From Eledone cirrhosa (Eukaryota), in NCBI GenBank assembly GCA_964016885.1, contig OZ024741.1:207886001-207950000 (forward strand): DNA of 64,000 nt, written 5' to 3'. This document shows positions 42,524-57,049 of this stretch, in pieces (the first letter of the stretch is position 1; each line of letters opens with the position of its first letter). The notes under the pieces were generated by a model. That model was not told the origin of the DNA and did no database searches. It worked only from the letters and a program-made list of their open reading frames with translations. Position numbers and translations under genes: made by a program.

Positions 42524-42997
42524 TATAATGACGCATACATTTGGAAACTGACTATATGTTAATCAGGGACATCAGGAAAAAAACGTGTTCACACCTCCAC
42601 ACATATACACTTATATATCTCCCCAATTCACACACTCACACACACACACATACGCGCGCAGTGACACACACTAACTCTTCAAACAGGGATTGTTACATAC
42701 ACCACACACGCTGTCACACTCCCACTACGCCCAACTACACCTACTCCTACCACACCCTGCATCATTACAGCTACTCCCACTCCCATTACGATACACTCAG
42801 TGGAGCGTGCAAATATTGTTTTTACTTATTAAAATAAATTATTGCTTTTGTTGTTGTTATATATATATTGTGTTAGAGTTATTGTGATGGATAAATGATT
42901 AACGCCTATCAATCATCACACCTGACCACCACACATCCTCTAGGACCTGACTCATACTCCCATTCTCGACACACCAGGGAATCCTGCTCAAAGACGG

Positions 42998-43085
<88 letters not shown>

Positions 43086-43112
43086 AAACCACAGACCCTC
43101 CATCTCAACTCA

Positions 43113-43150
43113 CCTTTTGAAAAGCAGAAGAACTGCGAAACCGGTAAAGG
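43113..43150 (+). ncRNA. Minimal type I HHR with U3-A8 core variant
   Basis: CCTT-TTGAAAA-GCAG aagaa CTGC-GAAA-CCGG-TA-AAGG, in an ~80 bp insert between (TA)n runs. Confidence 0.68.
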
Positions 43151-43284
43151 AACCAAATAAATATATATATATATTTTTTTTAAATAAGACTCCAGTTGCA
43201 TTTTCGATTTCATCTCATTTTCTTTATACTTTCACTCGTGTAGGACACCTCGGTTATTTTTCATTTTGTAAAAAAAAACCTCAC

Positions 43285-43362
<78 letters not shown>

Positions 43363-43504
43363 TGTATATATATATATATACTGTATATATATATATATAC
43401 TGTATATATATATATATATATAGTGTATATATATATATATATTATCTATATATATATATATATATATATGCATGTATATATGTATATATATAAATATATA
43501 TATA

Positions 43505-43638
43505 TAGGAAAATGTATGACCCCGACAGCAGATCTCAAGCCGTTTCGACGGCTATTTCTGGCCACACTACTACCCTCAGAATTGAATACTCTGGTGCGTT
43601 ATTGTACTTCTGGTTCCTTACCACAACTCCTTCGTTTT
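43505..43638. mobile_element. Inverted composite of family K ends
   Basis: ataggaaaatgtatgaccccgac.. joined to the oppositely oriented tail ..ccacaactccttcgtt. Confidence 0.7.
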
Positions 43639-43701
43639 ATATATATATATATATACACACATATATATATATACACATATATACATTTATATATACATAC
43701 A

Positions 43702-43740
<39 letters not shown>

Positions 43741-43741
43741 A

Positions 43742-46700
43742 TATTAAAGAGTTAAACAAGATTCAATGAGTACATCTAAGACTGAGTTTACAGTAGATTG
43801 GAAGCACTCTATTAGAGATATTTTCCAGAGTTATTAATATTAATTCAAATATTAATAAAATAGATATTCTTGTAATCAATTAAATTTTATTATACATATT
43901 TCAGAGCTATTGAATCAAGTTCAACAGTACGTCCTCATCAGATAAAATAAAATGATACATGACATACCCTGACATGTTAGATGGTTAAGATTTAATCAAG
44001 GTAGTGATTAACTTATGAGAAAACTCAATATTTATACCCTAATATTGAGAACATGCGAAAACATAATAGAGACAGTGTGAGTAAGAAAAACATTGCCTTA
44101 ATGCAACAGTTATAGAGTTTTTAAAATTTGAAATACTACTCTAGAACTGTAGAGGAAGACGTATCTGGAGTTATAATTTATTTAGTATTTAGCTTGAGAA
44201 TACAACTGACAGATAATTAAAGAAAGGGAGAGACAATGGGGAGTAATTTATGCTCAAATTTTCTTTGGACACATAAACATATATAGCTCTGGCGGTTAAA
44301 TTTCAAAATAGTTAATTTATGTTATTTTAGGGTAAAGAATCAAAATTTTAGGTTTTAAAAGTTGATGGTTATTTGTATTAATTTTATAATATAATTGTGT
44401 TAAATTTCTAAAATTCAAAGTTTTATGAAAACAAATTTTAAGGATATACGAGGCCCGCGAAAAAAGAAATATTCAATATTCTTACAAAGGTAATCTTTAA
44501 CAAAATTACTTATAACACTGACAACATTTTCTATAATATAATTTATGAGATATTTACAGTTATAACTATTAAGGAATTTATTGTTAAATAGTTACAGTGC
44601 CTAAAGTATTAGCAGGTCTTATAATTAAACCTAAAGAGGTCAGAGTTTTCAGCTATATATATATATGTGTGTATTGATCATAATATCAAGACTATAATTT
44701 GTTATCTGTTCATATATTATATTAAGTCATTATATTAGTTCTACCTTCTAGGGAAGACCGAACTCTAATTATGATTATGTTATTATACAATATAAATATA
44801 TTTCTACAAACTATATATAGAGATATATCCCGAACTATAATTATGATTATGTTATTATACAATATAAACATATTTGCACAAACTATATATAGAGATATAC
44901 TAAGTATTAATGAGACGGTATACATTTAATAAAGAATAACTATTATAATCTTTGTTAGTAGTTTCGTACATGCGTAACTACGATTATGTTATTACACTAA
45001 ATAAAGATATTTGCACAAACTATACATTGATATACTAGATATTAATAAGACGGTATATATCCAATAAAACATAGCGATTAGAAACACTGTTAGTAGTTCT
45101 ACCTCCAGTTCAGTGGAGATATAAACCAATATTTGTCTGCTAATATTGTTTGTTATAAATACATAAAAAGCAAAGCGTAAAGCCAACTTTCTGAGTCTTC
45201 AAAAACCATCTCCAAATGAGTAAAATACATATATATATATAAAATACATACATATATATAAAAATGTAAACGCATGAATGATCCACAGTTCAAATTAAAG
45301 TCAGTAAAATTTACAGGTTAGATATCTAAACTATATATTTAAAATAGAGATAGAAAAATAAAGATCTGAATCAAAGTTTAAAATATCCAAAAAGCCATAG
45401 GTTATGCATATCCAACCTGCAAACAATTTATTAAACAAGTGTCACTCATTCAAACATTATTTCAATTATAAATGATTAGAAGATAAAGCATTATTAAAGC
45501 TGTTATGATTTATATGTTCAACAGTTGATGATGTACGTCTAAAAACCAGGCTTGGTTGCTTACTGTTTTTTCCTGACTTTATGCGAGGCTTGGAATGTAG
45601 ATAAAGCTTTATGAAGGCAGTTTGAGAATAATTCACTTTTTTGTTAATTAAGTTTTCATAAATATTAATTATCAATAGGGTCTCCATTGTACAGAGGGCA
45701 CAGTTACTTGATATACTTGAGTTGCGGTAAACTCCACTATTACAAAGTTTCGTCCAAAAGATCGAGTATTTTAAATTTTATAACTGATTTAGTTCTGGTT
45801 CTTTTCCTCGATTTGTTCACAGTATAGGTGTTTGAATTATAATTACTAGAATTTATAGAATTTCGTTTATATATGCCATTATTTTTATCAGGATTAAAAC
45901 TTGGATTATTATTATCTACATATTCTATATAATTCTCAAAACCTGCTCTTTTTAGCGCTTCATTGTAATATCCTGCATTTTCATCAAATATTGCTTTATT
46001 GGCAGATATTCTATTAATGCGTTTTTGCACACTATTTACAATTGCTTTTTTTACTGACTTAGGGTGATTGGAGTAATAACTAACGTAATTTAAGTTTTCA
46101 AAGGGTAATAAAAGCCAGAGTTTAAGTTAAACGTAACTTCAAGGAAATTAACTATTTTGGTACCACTTTCTACTTCTAGCTTAAGGTTTTAAAGAATTCA
46201 ATTATATTTTTCTTTACTCTATTTAGTTCAATATCGTTGTGTTTGACAACCGTAAATAAAATGTCGTCCCTATATAAACCACCGGTAACCTCCGGCAGTT
46301 TTCTATTTATCATATTTAATATGAAAATCCCCAGAAGATCCGTGATTTGCGCTGAATCAGATGACCCATGGTAATATCAAAATTTCTATTTCTATCTGAG
46401 CGGGTCCAATACTCATTGACGAGGTTAATAAGAGTTCTTCTAGCTGTTAATATGATATCAATTTCATCCGTGGTTAGATCAGTATGCTTGTAAGCGTATG
46501 ATAGAGCCTTATTTAGTAGGTTGGGCGTTATGGAAGAATAATAGCTTGTTATGAATTTACGGTTTTTCTTATCATCTATATTCAATGACTTCGTTTGTAT
46601 CTTTCCACAAGCTCAATTTAGACCTCAATTTCAGAGCAGGTAGAATTCTATCAATAATGTTTTTACTGATTACTCAAATATCCGATTTGGATGGAGAAAT

Positions 46701-47820
46701 TCTAACTGGCAGGTCTTCCTCGAAGTTTCTTTTGTGATCTTTTAAGTTGATCCGCGGCTGTCTAGGTATAAGTGGCTCTGTTCTTCCTTCGATTCCTAAT
46801 TTGGTAATTAATTTATATGCATCATCATTAATGTCTGTAAGATCATCAGCCGGGGCTTTTTTTATAATTTTTCCTAACTTAATCATAATTAGAGTTCGGT
46901 CTTCTCTAGAAGGTAGAACTAATATAATGACTTAATATAATATATGAACAAATAATAAATTATAGTCTTGATATTATGATCAATACACACACATATATAT
47001 ATATATATATAGCTGAAAACTCTGACCTCTTTAGATTTAATTATAAGACTTGCTAATACTTTAGGCAATGTAACTATTTAACAATAAATTCCTTAATAGT
47101 TATAACTGTAAATATCTCATAAATTATATTATAGAAAATGTTGTCAGTGTTACAAGTAATTTTGCTAAAGATTACCTTTGAGAATATTGAATATTTTTTT
47201 CTTTCGCGGGCCTCGTAAATACTTTAAATTTGTTGTCATAAAACTTTGAATTTTAGAAATTTAACACAATTATATTATAAAATTAATACAAATAACCATC
47301 AACTTTTAAAACCTAAAATTTTGATTCTTTACCCTAAAATAACATAAATTAACTATTTTGAAATTTAACCGCCAAAGCTATATATGTTTATGTGTCCAAA
47401 GAAAATTTGAGCATAAATTACTCCCCATTGTCTCTCCCTTTCTTTAATTATCTGTCAGTTGTCTTCTCAAGCTAAATACTAAATAAATTATAACTCCAGA
47501 TACGTCTTCCTCTATAGTTCTAGAGTAGTATTTCAAATTTTAAAAACTCTATAACTGTTGCATTAAGGCAATGTTTTTCTTACTCACACTGTCTCTATTA
47601 TGTTTTCGCATGTTCTCAATATTAGGGTATAAATATTGAGTTTTCTCATAAGTTAATCACTACCTTGATTAAATCTTAACCATCTAACATGTCAGGGTAT
47701 GTCATGTATCATTTTATTTTATCTGATGAGGACGTACTGTTGAACTTGATTCAGTAGCTCTGAAATATGTATAATAAAATTTAATTGATCACAAGAATAT
47801 CTATTTTGTTAATATTTGAA

Positions 47821-47829
<9 letters not shown>
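43742..47829 (-). mobile_element. Degenerate PLE (Naiad-like RT, endonuclease partly deleted) with ~940 bp inverted pseudo-LTRs
   Basis: Arms 43835-44777 and 46880-47829; tail 43742-43834. Minus strand: LKDHKRNF..SPSKSDI, FDITMG, GGLYRDD (~46265-46285), SNHP..YNEALKRAGF, CALCTME..LINKK/SELFSNCLHK. HHRs at 43884-43949 (-) and 47715-47780 (+). Confidence 0.92.
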
Positions 47830-47877
<48 letters not shown>

Positions 47878-48263
47878 CTTATATATAGGGATATATATAT
47901 ACATACATATTCACATACATACACACACATACATACATTCATACACACCTCTCTCACATGCAACAGCAGCAACACAAACAATAGAAGAAGGCCCTGAGTT
48001 AATGCAGTGACTCAAGCGACACTCACATGTCTCACCAGTCAACTGATTGACCATATGAGTTATCAAATATATCGATTATATTGCTGTCAAGAGGCATATC
48101 TCATACAGTACCCTTTCTTTCACCGCACTCTCCTTGTTTCCTCATGATCACAAACACCACAATCATCATCTGCAGTAACATCTGCTGTTGCTATTGTTTC
48201 ATCGAAAACTGGGTGTTTTGCACAACTGCTCTTATTTCTTTGCATTATCATCTGGCGGTGTAG

Positions 48264-48428
48264 GGCGGTGGATTGGAAGAAATGGTAGAGGGTCGGGCGT
48301 CATGTTTTGCAGCATAGAGTTATAGCCCTTTATGATCTGAGTTCAAATCCCGCCGAGGTTAACTTTGCCTTTCATCCTTATGGAGTCGATAAAAAAAAGC
48401 ACTAATAATGCTGCCAAAAGTAGAAACA
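48264..48428 (+). mobile_element. tRNA-derived SINE, followed by older degenerate copies to about 48800
   Basis: Same consensus as 25066-25248. Confidence 0.82.
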
Positions 48429-49912
48429 TTATCGTTTGTTACTCAGCCTCTGTCCCGGCAATATTTCAACTAAAGTTAAATTCTGGGGAAATATGATCGT
48501 CATTATCATTATTAGGATTGGCAGAATTGTTACAGTCCTTTATGCTGTGATTTCAAATCTCTCCAATGTCAACTTTGTCATTCATCCTTCCAGTGTCCAT
48601 AAAGTAAAACACCAGTTACGTACTCGGGACTATATAATTGACTTCCCCTATCGACACATTATTGGTCTTGTGTCTAAATTAGAATTAATATTTTACTTTT
48701 AAATTCAACTTTTCATCCTTCCGAAGTAGATAAAATAATGTACCATTAAATACTGGTGTTTATTTACTTGACTATTCCATTCCCGTCAGTGTCCCTTGTG
48801 TATGAAGCAAAAATGTTATTAATAGCTTTTGTCATGTTAACCCAAAATGAATCTTTGGAATCACTTGTGTTACGTTCTTTTAATCTCAGTAATCGTGCCG
48901 GCGAGTGAGCTTTTATGTGGCTACTTTAACTGCTAGAAATTATAACAAAATCTCCTTCAAATGACGCCCTATTGTTTCAATCAGGGTTGCACATCTTCAA
49001 TTCTAGGTCTTCAAGGTTAGAGACGACCAGGAACAAAAACAACAACAACCACCAACGACAGCAACACCCTCAACACTAACAACTACAACAATGCCAGTTA
49101 ATTCCCCCTCCTTGGTCTTTCTTTAATTGTATTTATAAACGTCGCCGTCAATTAGCAAACCAGAACACAACTTTGTTGATGTTGCTGTTATTGTTATTGT
49201 TGTTTAATGCCACGTTATTAAGAAGTCATTCCATATAAGGTGCGTCAATTGTCATGGTCGGCCAACAAATAAAATCTGTAATGGAAATACTATCATTCTG
49301 TGCTCCTAATTGCTGTCAAAAAGGGTTCAAAAGCCGAGTCCCTTAATATTTTTTTGTTAAATAGATTTCTTACTTTCTATTTGTTGTGTTTGTTTAACGT
49401 AATTTACAGTAGACAATGAGAGTGAAAGGTGTCAACTATGTCAAGCAATCAATAAATTAAGATTTTAATAAGATTAGATTAATTGCCTTCACCAACACAC
49501 CCCACCACTGAGTCACACGCTTTCTTCGTGGTATTTAACACGAGCCTCTTCTCTGCCTCTCTTTTTCTTTCTATATCTCTCTGTCCCTGTCTCTCTCTAA
49601 CTTTCTTTCTCTCTCTCCACCTCTAATGTAAACTTCTATCATCAGCGAGCTGCTAATTAAAATATATAAATGCTATTTAGAAACTATTAAAAAATAAGTA
49701 ATTGATGATTTCTCTGGCCTACTGACAACGTTAGGAATTAATATTTCATGGTTCGTTATTTAATCCCCATAAACCGACTTCGTTCATCTTCTGACATTCC
49801 ACCATCTCTTGTCTGAAGAAAACAGCTCAAATCTCTTCCGGCATTTATTACACACACATAATCCGTACGTACTAATGCACACCCCACGCACTCTCACACA
49901 CACACACACACA

Positions 49913-50001
<89 letters not shown>

Positions 50002-50010
50002 ATATATATG

Positions 50011-50043
<33 letters not shown>

Positions 50044-50064
50044 GTATGTATATATGTATGTATA

Positions 50065-50112
<48 letters not shown>

Positions 50113-50117
<5 letters not shown>

Positions 50118-50309
50118 ATACTTTGGGAGGGTCATGTTGCCAATAAGAAACACACGCACCAGTTGCTTTCACTTCAATTTATTATAATAAATTTATAAAT
50201 TTAGGATTTTATAAATTTCCTGTTGGTTGGTTGGTTCCCAAAGTATAACAATATCGGTTTCAACACACGTTTTCAGTTAAAGAATCTTGCTAAACAAATT
50301 CAGAAACGA
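50113..50309. mobile_element. Inverted pair of PLE family B ends in (TA)n
   Basis: Minus arm without tail (50113-50238); plus arm with tail ending cagaaacga. Confidence 0.85.
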
Positions 50310-50361
50310 TATATATATATATGTATATATATATATAGAGAGAGAGAGGTGGGAGATAGAG

Positions 50362-50392
<31 letters not shown>

Positions 50393-52568
50393 TCTGTGGT
50401 GCTGAGACCGGAGAGACGACAAGTCGTTGGTGTACTCAATGCATGGGGAGATGGTTATATATAGAGAGAGAGTTGGATCCGGCCGCGATGCCAAGCGGTT
50501 TCGGCTCGTGTGTGTGCGTGTGTGTGGGGTGTGTGTGTATGCATGTTTTTGTGTGTGTACACAAAGATAGACAGATATAAACATACACATTATGGACTCC
50601 TATACACATATACACACGCCCCCAAAAAGCAAATGTAATCAAACAAAATAGTACAAACAGGGAGAACTGCATGTCTAGAGTTTCATTGACAAAAACAAAC
50701 ACGAATGCTCACGTACACGTAAAGTCACACACGCCCCCCTCCAACACATACTCACTGGTTGCCTGCACCCCCCACCCTCCACACACACACAATCACATGG
50801 ACACACACACACACACGCATATGCATATGCACATGTATGAAACGTCATTTATATACATACAGCGCGCAAGCACTCCAACGAAAATACACACGAATACACT
50901 CACAAACACCAAACAAATGCATGCATAGAATTTTAGTTGCATACACACAGCGTATGCAAATGCTGATATCAATACAACATCAATCGATGTTGCGTGCACA
51001 CAGGCTGAAAATTTGCATAAAAACATAAATTCATAAATGCACACGTGCGCAAATGTACATATGTTTTAGTAGATTGCATAAAGGTAGAAGGAACAGGTTT
51101 GTATATATGAGTCACCGTTAAATGTAGACTTGGCTGGACGTGGTGGGAGGTGATGGCCATCTTGGATTTCTTTGTTATTAACTGTTGCCTATAGAGACTT
51201 AAACATTCAGCTTGGCCACCATTATGACTACAACAAGCACCACACTTAACACTCAAGCTTTTTCTTCAGGAGGAATAACAAAATATGGCACCATCGTTAT
51301 ATATATAGCCATCATCGATACTACTACTACTACTACTACTACTTCTACTACTACTACTACTACTTCCTATATTACAAAATCTTCGTAACACTATGTATAA
51401 TTTTACACATGTATGTCTCTTTCTCTCTCTCTATCTATCTCTATCTATCTATCTGAGTTAACTATAATCTCAGCCCTCACACATTCTCTCTCCCTCTCTA
51501 TCTATCTATCTCTCTCTCTATATATATATATAATGCATACATGCATACATACATACATACACACATATATACATACACACACAAACACATACATACATAC
51601 ATACATACATACATACATACATACATACATACATACATACATACATGCATACATGCGGTGGAAGCATTTCTGAATTTGGGGAGGCCAAATTTAGTCAATT
51701 TAGTTGTAGTGATTAATTTAGCTCTTTGTACTCGCAAATGGTCAGAAAATGCAATTTGAGTCCAAGCAGATTATTTTACACTTACACCTTTATAAAATGA
51801 GTATAGAAAAATGACCAATGAAATCTGTCTCTGAATACACATCCTAGCATTTGGCAAATAGTGATACGTGCAGAAAAAGTTATGACATGAAAAAAAAATT
51901 TACTATGAAGGTTAACATAATATATTATCAAATATCAACCAAGATATAAACATTTCGATATGCGATAAACAACATGTACATAAATTGTAGCGTATATACA
52001 AATAGATGTGTGTTTTGGTACTTTGGGGAGAAAATACAATTATTGCTTCATGTCACCCCCCCCCCCGTTCCACTGTCCCTTCATACATACATATATACAT
52101 ACATACATACGTACATATATACATATATACATACACACGTACATGCATATATGCATGGCATGCATACATATATACATACACACATACATACATATATACA
52201 TACATACATACATTCATTCATACATACGCATATTTTCATACACACATGCCCATAAACATACTGAACATATACACATATATGCAGATACAAATTATATGTA
52301 ATTATTTGGTTCGATTCATGTTACACCTTTACTCATATCCATATGTTTCTCAATATTTTGTTTACTTATACCCCCCCCCCCCCACACACACACACACACT
52401 CGTATATATACATACACATGTGTGTGTGCTCGTACACGTGTATATGTAAATAATTCTCCAGGTTTGATGTTATTTTTAATCTAACACCTTTATTTAACTT
52501 CTCAGTATATGCGTGTCTCTGAATCCGTCTCTATTTGAAATGAGAGTGAGAATGTATGTGTATGCATT

Positions 52569-52663
<95 letters not shown>

Positions 52664-53399
52664 CGAGAGTGACCTAAACAAGCGTTTATGTGTGTGTGTG
52701 TACACAGATACACACACACTCATATATATGTGTGTGTGTGTGTGTGTGTCCGTATCCGTTTGTGCTACATCATAAGAAATATTCATACCGCATGCGTATA
52801 TTGTTAGGTTATTAATTAAAAGGGAACATCCGGTGTCCTGTGGAGAAGTGTGTAGAATCATATATACACCGTAGAGGACGTATAACGTTTATATTATCTG
52901 TTTTATAGATCCCAGGTCACATCACTACTGGAGCATAGACAGACATGTACAGATGTAAATAACATGTTATAGATGGCGGCGAATTGGAAATATTTATATG
53001 GTCCGGCCATCAGCGCTCTGAGTTCAAATCCAAACGAGACTGACTTTACTTGTTTGATACATGACAACAAGCTTTCGTGGTTGATAAATGAATAACAGAC
53101 CACAGCGAAGAATTGGTCGAATTGTTAGACATTCATTCGAGAGGTCTTGCGTTATCTGCTCGGGCTCTTTCGTTTCAAATTTCGCTGTATATCTAAAAGG
53201 ATCCCTTTTATTAAAATGGATTTTTCCAACTGACTCCCTGCTATAATTATCCCAGTCCTAAATTATTATACAGTGATAATGATAACCGAAAGAGAGTAAT
53301 GTTTATACTTAGAAAATAATGGATACCCACCCAATAGTATGTATATATTATGTTTGTAACAATACTTGAAATGTGGAAATTAACTAACGTACCCCAGGC

Positions 53400-53498
53400 T
53401 GGGAACCGCAGATCTAGAGAAACTTTAAAAAGCTTAGCTGCTTATCCCTGTTTGGGAACCGCCTATCTAGAGAAACTTTAAAAAGCTTAGCTGCTTAT
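53400..53498 (+). repeat. Tandem duplication, 53 bp period
   Basis: tgggaaccgc..atctagagaaactttaaaaagcttagctgcttat occurs twice. Confidence 0.85.
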
Positions 53499-53771
53499 AT
53501 CTGGATGCGTTTATGTAATAAATAAACATAAGTAAAGTGTATATATGTGTCTGCGTGTCTTTGTGTGAGTGTATGTATGTATATTATAATTCATATATTT
53601 TACGATTTTTTATTTATTTTGCTAATATAACTTAATTTATCGTCATTCTATTTCACATTTTACCTTTTCATCATTATTTCTGAGCTGTCTCATTTAGTTA
53701 TTTATAGAACTCTCTCGACATCCACTCTCGCTTCCATTACATCTTCTCCAACATTATTTCTTCCCAGAATT

Positions 53772-53958
53772 GGCGGTGAATTGGCAGTACCGGTAGAGGG
53801 TCGGACGTCATGCTTTGATGCATAGAGTTACGGCCCTTACCATTCTGAGTTCAAATCCCGCCGAGGTTAACTTTGCCTTTCATCCTTATGGGGTCGATAA
53901 AATAAAGTACCTGTAATGTACTGGGATAATTGCTGGCCTTGTGCCAATAGTAGAAACA
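53772..53958 (+). mobile_element. tRNA-derived SINE with 17 bp target-site duplication
   Basis: attatttcttcccagaa at 53753-53769 and 53959-53975. Confidence 0.92.
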
Positions 53959-55214
53959 ATTATTTCTTCCCAGAAACAATGATTTCCTCCCAGATTCTAC
54001 TCACGTTTACATTCCTGTTTTATAGTTGTTGAACAGGCCTTTCATATTGAAGTTTTCATGTTTTGTTGTTGTTGAACGAACTTTTGATATTAAAGTTTTT
54101 GTCGTATGTTACTTTATGGCTTGTTGTGATTCATTTTGTGTTCGGTTTTATACAATTGTTTTCCTTATGCGTTTGATTTCTATTTCATATGCATTTATGT
54201 GTAAGTTGTGTATTTTTAATGTGTGTAACGTCAGGGGTATTTGTTGTATTATATTTATTCCTAATTTCATCTATCGCTTTGTCAACTGTTCTGTCCGAGA
54301 ACAAGTTACAAATGATCAATCTGATTTATAAATTTGATTTTAATTATGAAAGCTACATGACTATACAAGTGCAACAACACTCACGTGGAGGTTCACTATG
54401 CATTTAGAAAAAGTGTAATTGCAACGCATTACATCACACTCAACAAAACAAAGCTAGATAGAAAAATAGTAACGGAAAATACAAGCATATGATACGGAAT
54501 TCCCAGCAAAAGAAGACAGTTAATTAAAGGAGTATAACTTATATCATAATACAATGTTAAAATAAACACTCAAACAACATACACATGTCATAAACAAAAT
54601 ACAAAAGTGACTGATGACTTAAAAGTCTAACAGTCAAACCTCCTATTTCAAATTCCGGTAATAAATCCAACACACATTCTGGCGGTGAAGATTCGATAAA
54701 GAATATTTGCCTACAGTAAGAGGAAGTAAAAAAAAATGCAAGATGACTCTACCTTCTAATGATAATACTGTGAAATTCTAGAAACATTGATCATGGATTT
54801 AGAAACTTTATTACTCCAACGGAGCTTCAAATGACTCATAGGCAAATATGATTTTAAAAATGTTAAAGCTCGAACATAGTTGTGTTATTAATAATTATTG
54901 TAATATATGTATAAAGGAAAAACTATTCTACATACAAACATACATACATATATATGCATATATATATGTATGTTTATATATATACATATATATATGTATA
55001 TATATATGTATGTTTATATATATACATATATATATGTATATATATATGTATATATATGTATACATATATATATGAATACATATATATATATGTACATATA
55101 TATATATGTATACATATATATATGTATATATATAAATATGGTTGAGAGAGAGAGGGAGAGTGTGTGTGTGCGCGCGCGTGCTGGACATCCGTCGGTTCCA
55201 CCGAAGAGTGTTCT

Positions 55215-55830
55215 AATTGTTTAATGACCTGTGAAATTAAAGTGTAAGTAGCTTGATAGTCTCACGGGCACATGGACATTTAACGTAGTCCTCGCGGTGA
55301 TTCAGCGTGACAAGGCTGGTCATTTGAATTACTGGCGCAACTCATTTACTTTTCAGCTAAATAGACAACGGACAGCCCGATCAGGGAATCGAACTCTCGA
55401 AGTTACGACGGGTTGGGTAGATAAATTGCGGTAGAGTTTGAACTAAAATGTAAACGGTTGGATAGCAACTAAATGTATACTACTCCTCCAGCCTTAAGAT
55501 TGTGAAGACACGTAGCTAAGAGGTTAGGGTGGTCGGTTCACGGTAAAAAGATCTTTAGTACGATTCCAAGTGATGCCTTGTGTCCTTGAATATAGCACTT
55601 TATTTCGCGTTGCTCAAATTCAATCAGCTGGCAAAAATGGGTTGTGCCTGTATTTCAAAGGGCCAGACGCACCACAGAGAGTTCCACGCTGGATATCTCT
55701 AAGAACTACGTTATGGGGACACATATCTGTGGAATGCTCAGCCACTTGCACGTTAATCTCATGAGTATATTGTTCTGTTGTTCCAACAATTGGAACATTC
55801 GTCGTCGGAACCGACTGAGTTCCTAAACGC
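55215..55830. mobile_element. Two divergently oriented CORE-type SINE copies (minus ~55215-55420, plus ~55502-55830)
   Basis: The plus copy has a tRNA-like head and ttgtgtccttga..cactttattt..cagctg core; its 3' part aactacgtta..cacttgcacgttaat is mirrored in the minus copy. Confidence 0.6.
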
Positions 55831-56481
55831 ACGCACACAAATAGACACACATACAAACACACTCACACATAGACACACAGACAAACGCACTCACACATAG
55901 ACACACACACACATACACTTACACACATAGACACATACACATAAACCCACACACAGACACATAAACACACTCAGCCTTGTGGTTGTGCAGAAGATACGAT
56001 GACAAAAGACAATGGAAGACAAGGGAAGAGGTAGAGGAAATAAGAGCATGTATGTGTGTAGTAGTCATGGATGTGTGTAGGCATATGTATGTAGACATAT
56101 ATGTGTGTGTATGTGTGTATGCATGTGTGTAGGCGTGTGAGTGCGTGTGTAGGCGTGTCTGTGTGTGTGTGTATGTGTGTATGTGTGTGTGTGTAGGCGT
56201 GTGAGTGTAGGCGAGTGTATGTGTGTATGTATGGTGAGTGTGTGTGTGTAGGCGTGTATGTGTGTGTGTAGGCGTGTATGTGTGTGTGTAGGCGTGTATG
56301 TGTGTGACTGTATGTATGTGTGTGTGTGTGTAACAGAGGTAAGATGTAAAAAGTACCGAGAGTGATTTGATGACAAGTGATGACTTTATTGGCCATCGAT
56401 CCCTTGACAGCTGACACTGACACCTTTGTTGCTTTTGTTGTCCCACCCATGCCTATTGTGTTCCTTGATTGAGTCATTAAT

Positions 56482-56537
<56 letters not shown>

Positions 56538-56844
56538 CGAAGCCTAGGAATGGAATACTTGTGATATATGGAATAAGTGATATATGGAGTGAGAGACCAT
56601 GACAAACACACACACACACACATACACATATATATAGCTTCCAAGCTATACTTTCTCTCATACTATGTATCTATCTATCTATCTATCTATCTCCCCCTCT
56701 CTCTTGAGCTTCACTATTAACTTCACTACCAGAAGCACAATTAAATAGACACGGGTACATGATGAGAAATCGACTGCGGGTAGTTTGTGATTAATGGGAG
56801 AGGGGATGTTATGTGTACGGCAATTTATATATATATATACTTAA

Positions 56845-56963
56845 GAAAATGTTTAACCCCGACGGCAGGTTAAACATTTTCCTATTACCTACTCTACTAC
56901 CCTAAATATTGAGTACTCTGGTGCGTTATAGTCCATCTCGTTCCTTACCACAACTCCTTCGTT
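56845..56963. mobile_element. Inverted composite of family K ends
   Basis: gaaaatgtttaacc..ggttaaacattttc hairpin, then tail to cttcgtt(at)n. Confidence 0.7.
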
Positions 56964-56972
56964 ATATATATA

Positions 56973-57046
<74 letters not shown>

Positions 57047-57049
57047 CAT

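Noticed and set aside
44760-45070. CRISPR-like repeat array
   Set aside because: Tandem ~70 bp units without unique spacers, inside a PLE 3' region in eukaryotic DNA; no cas genes
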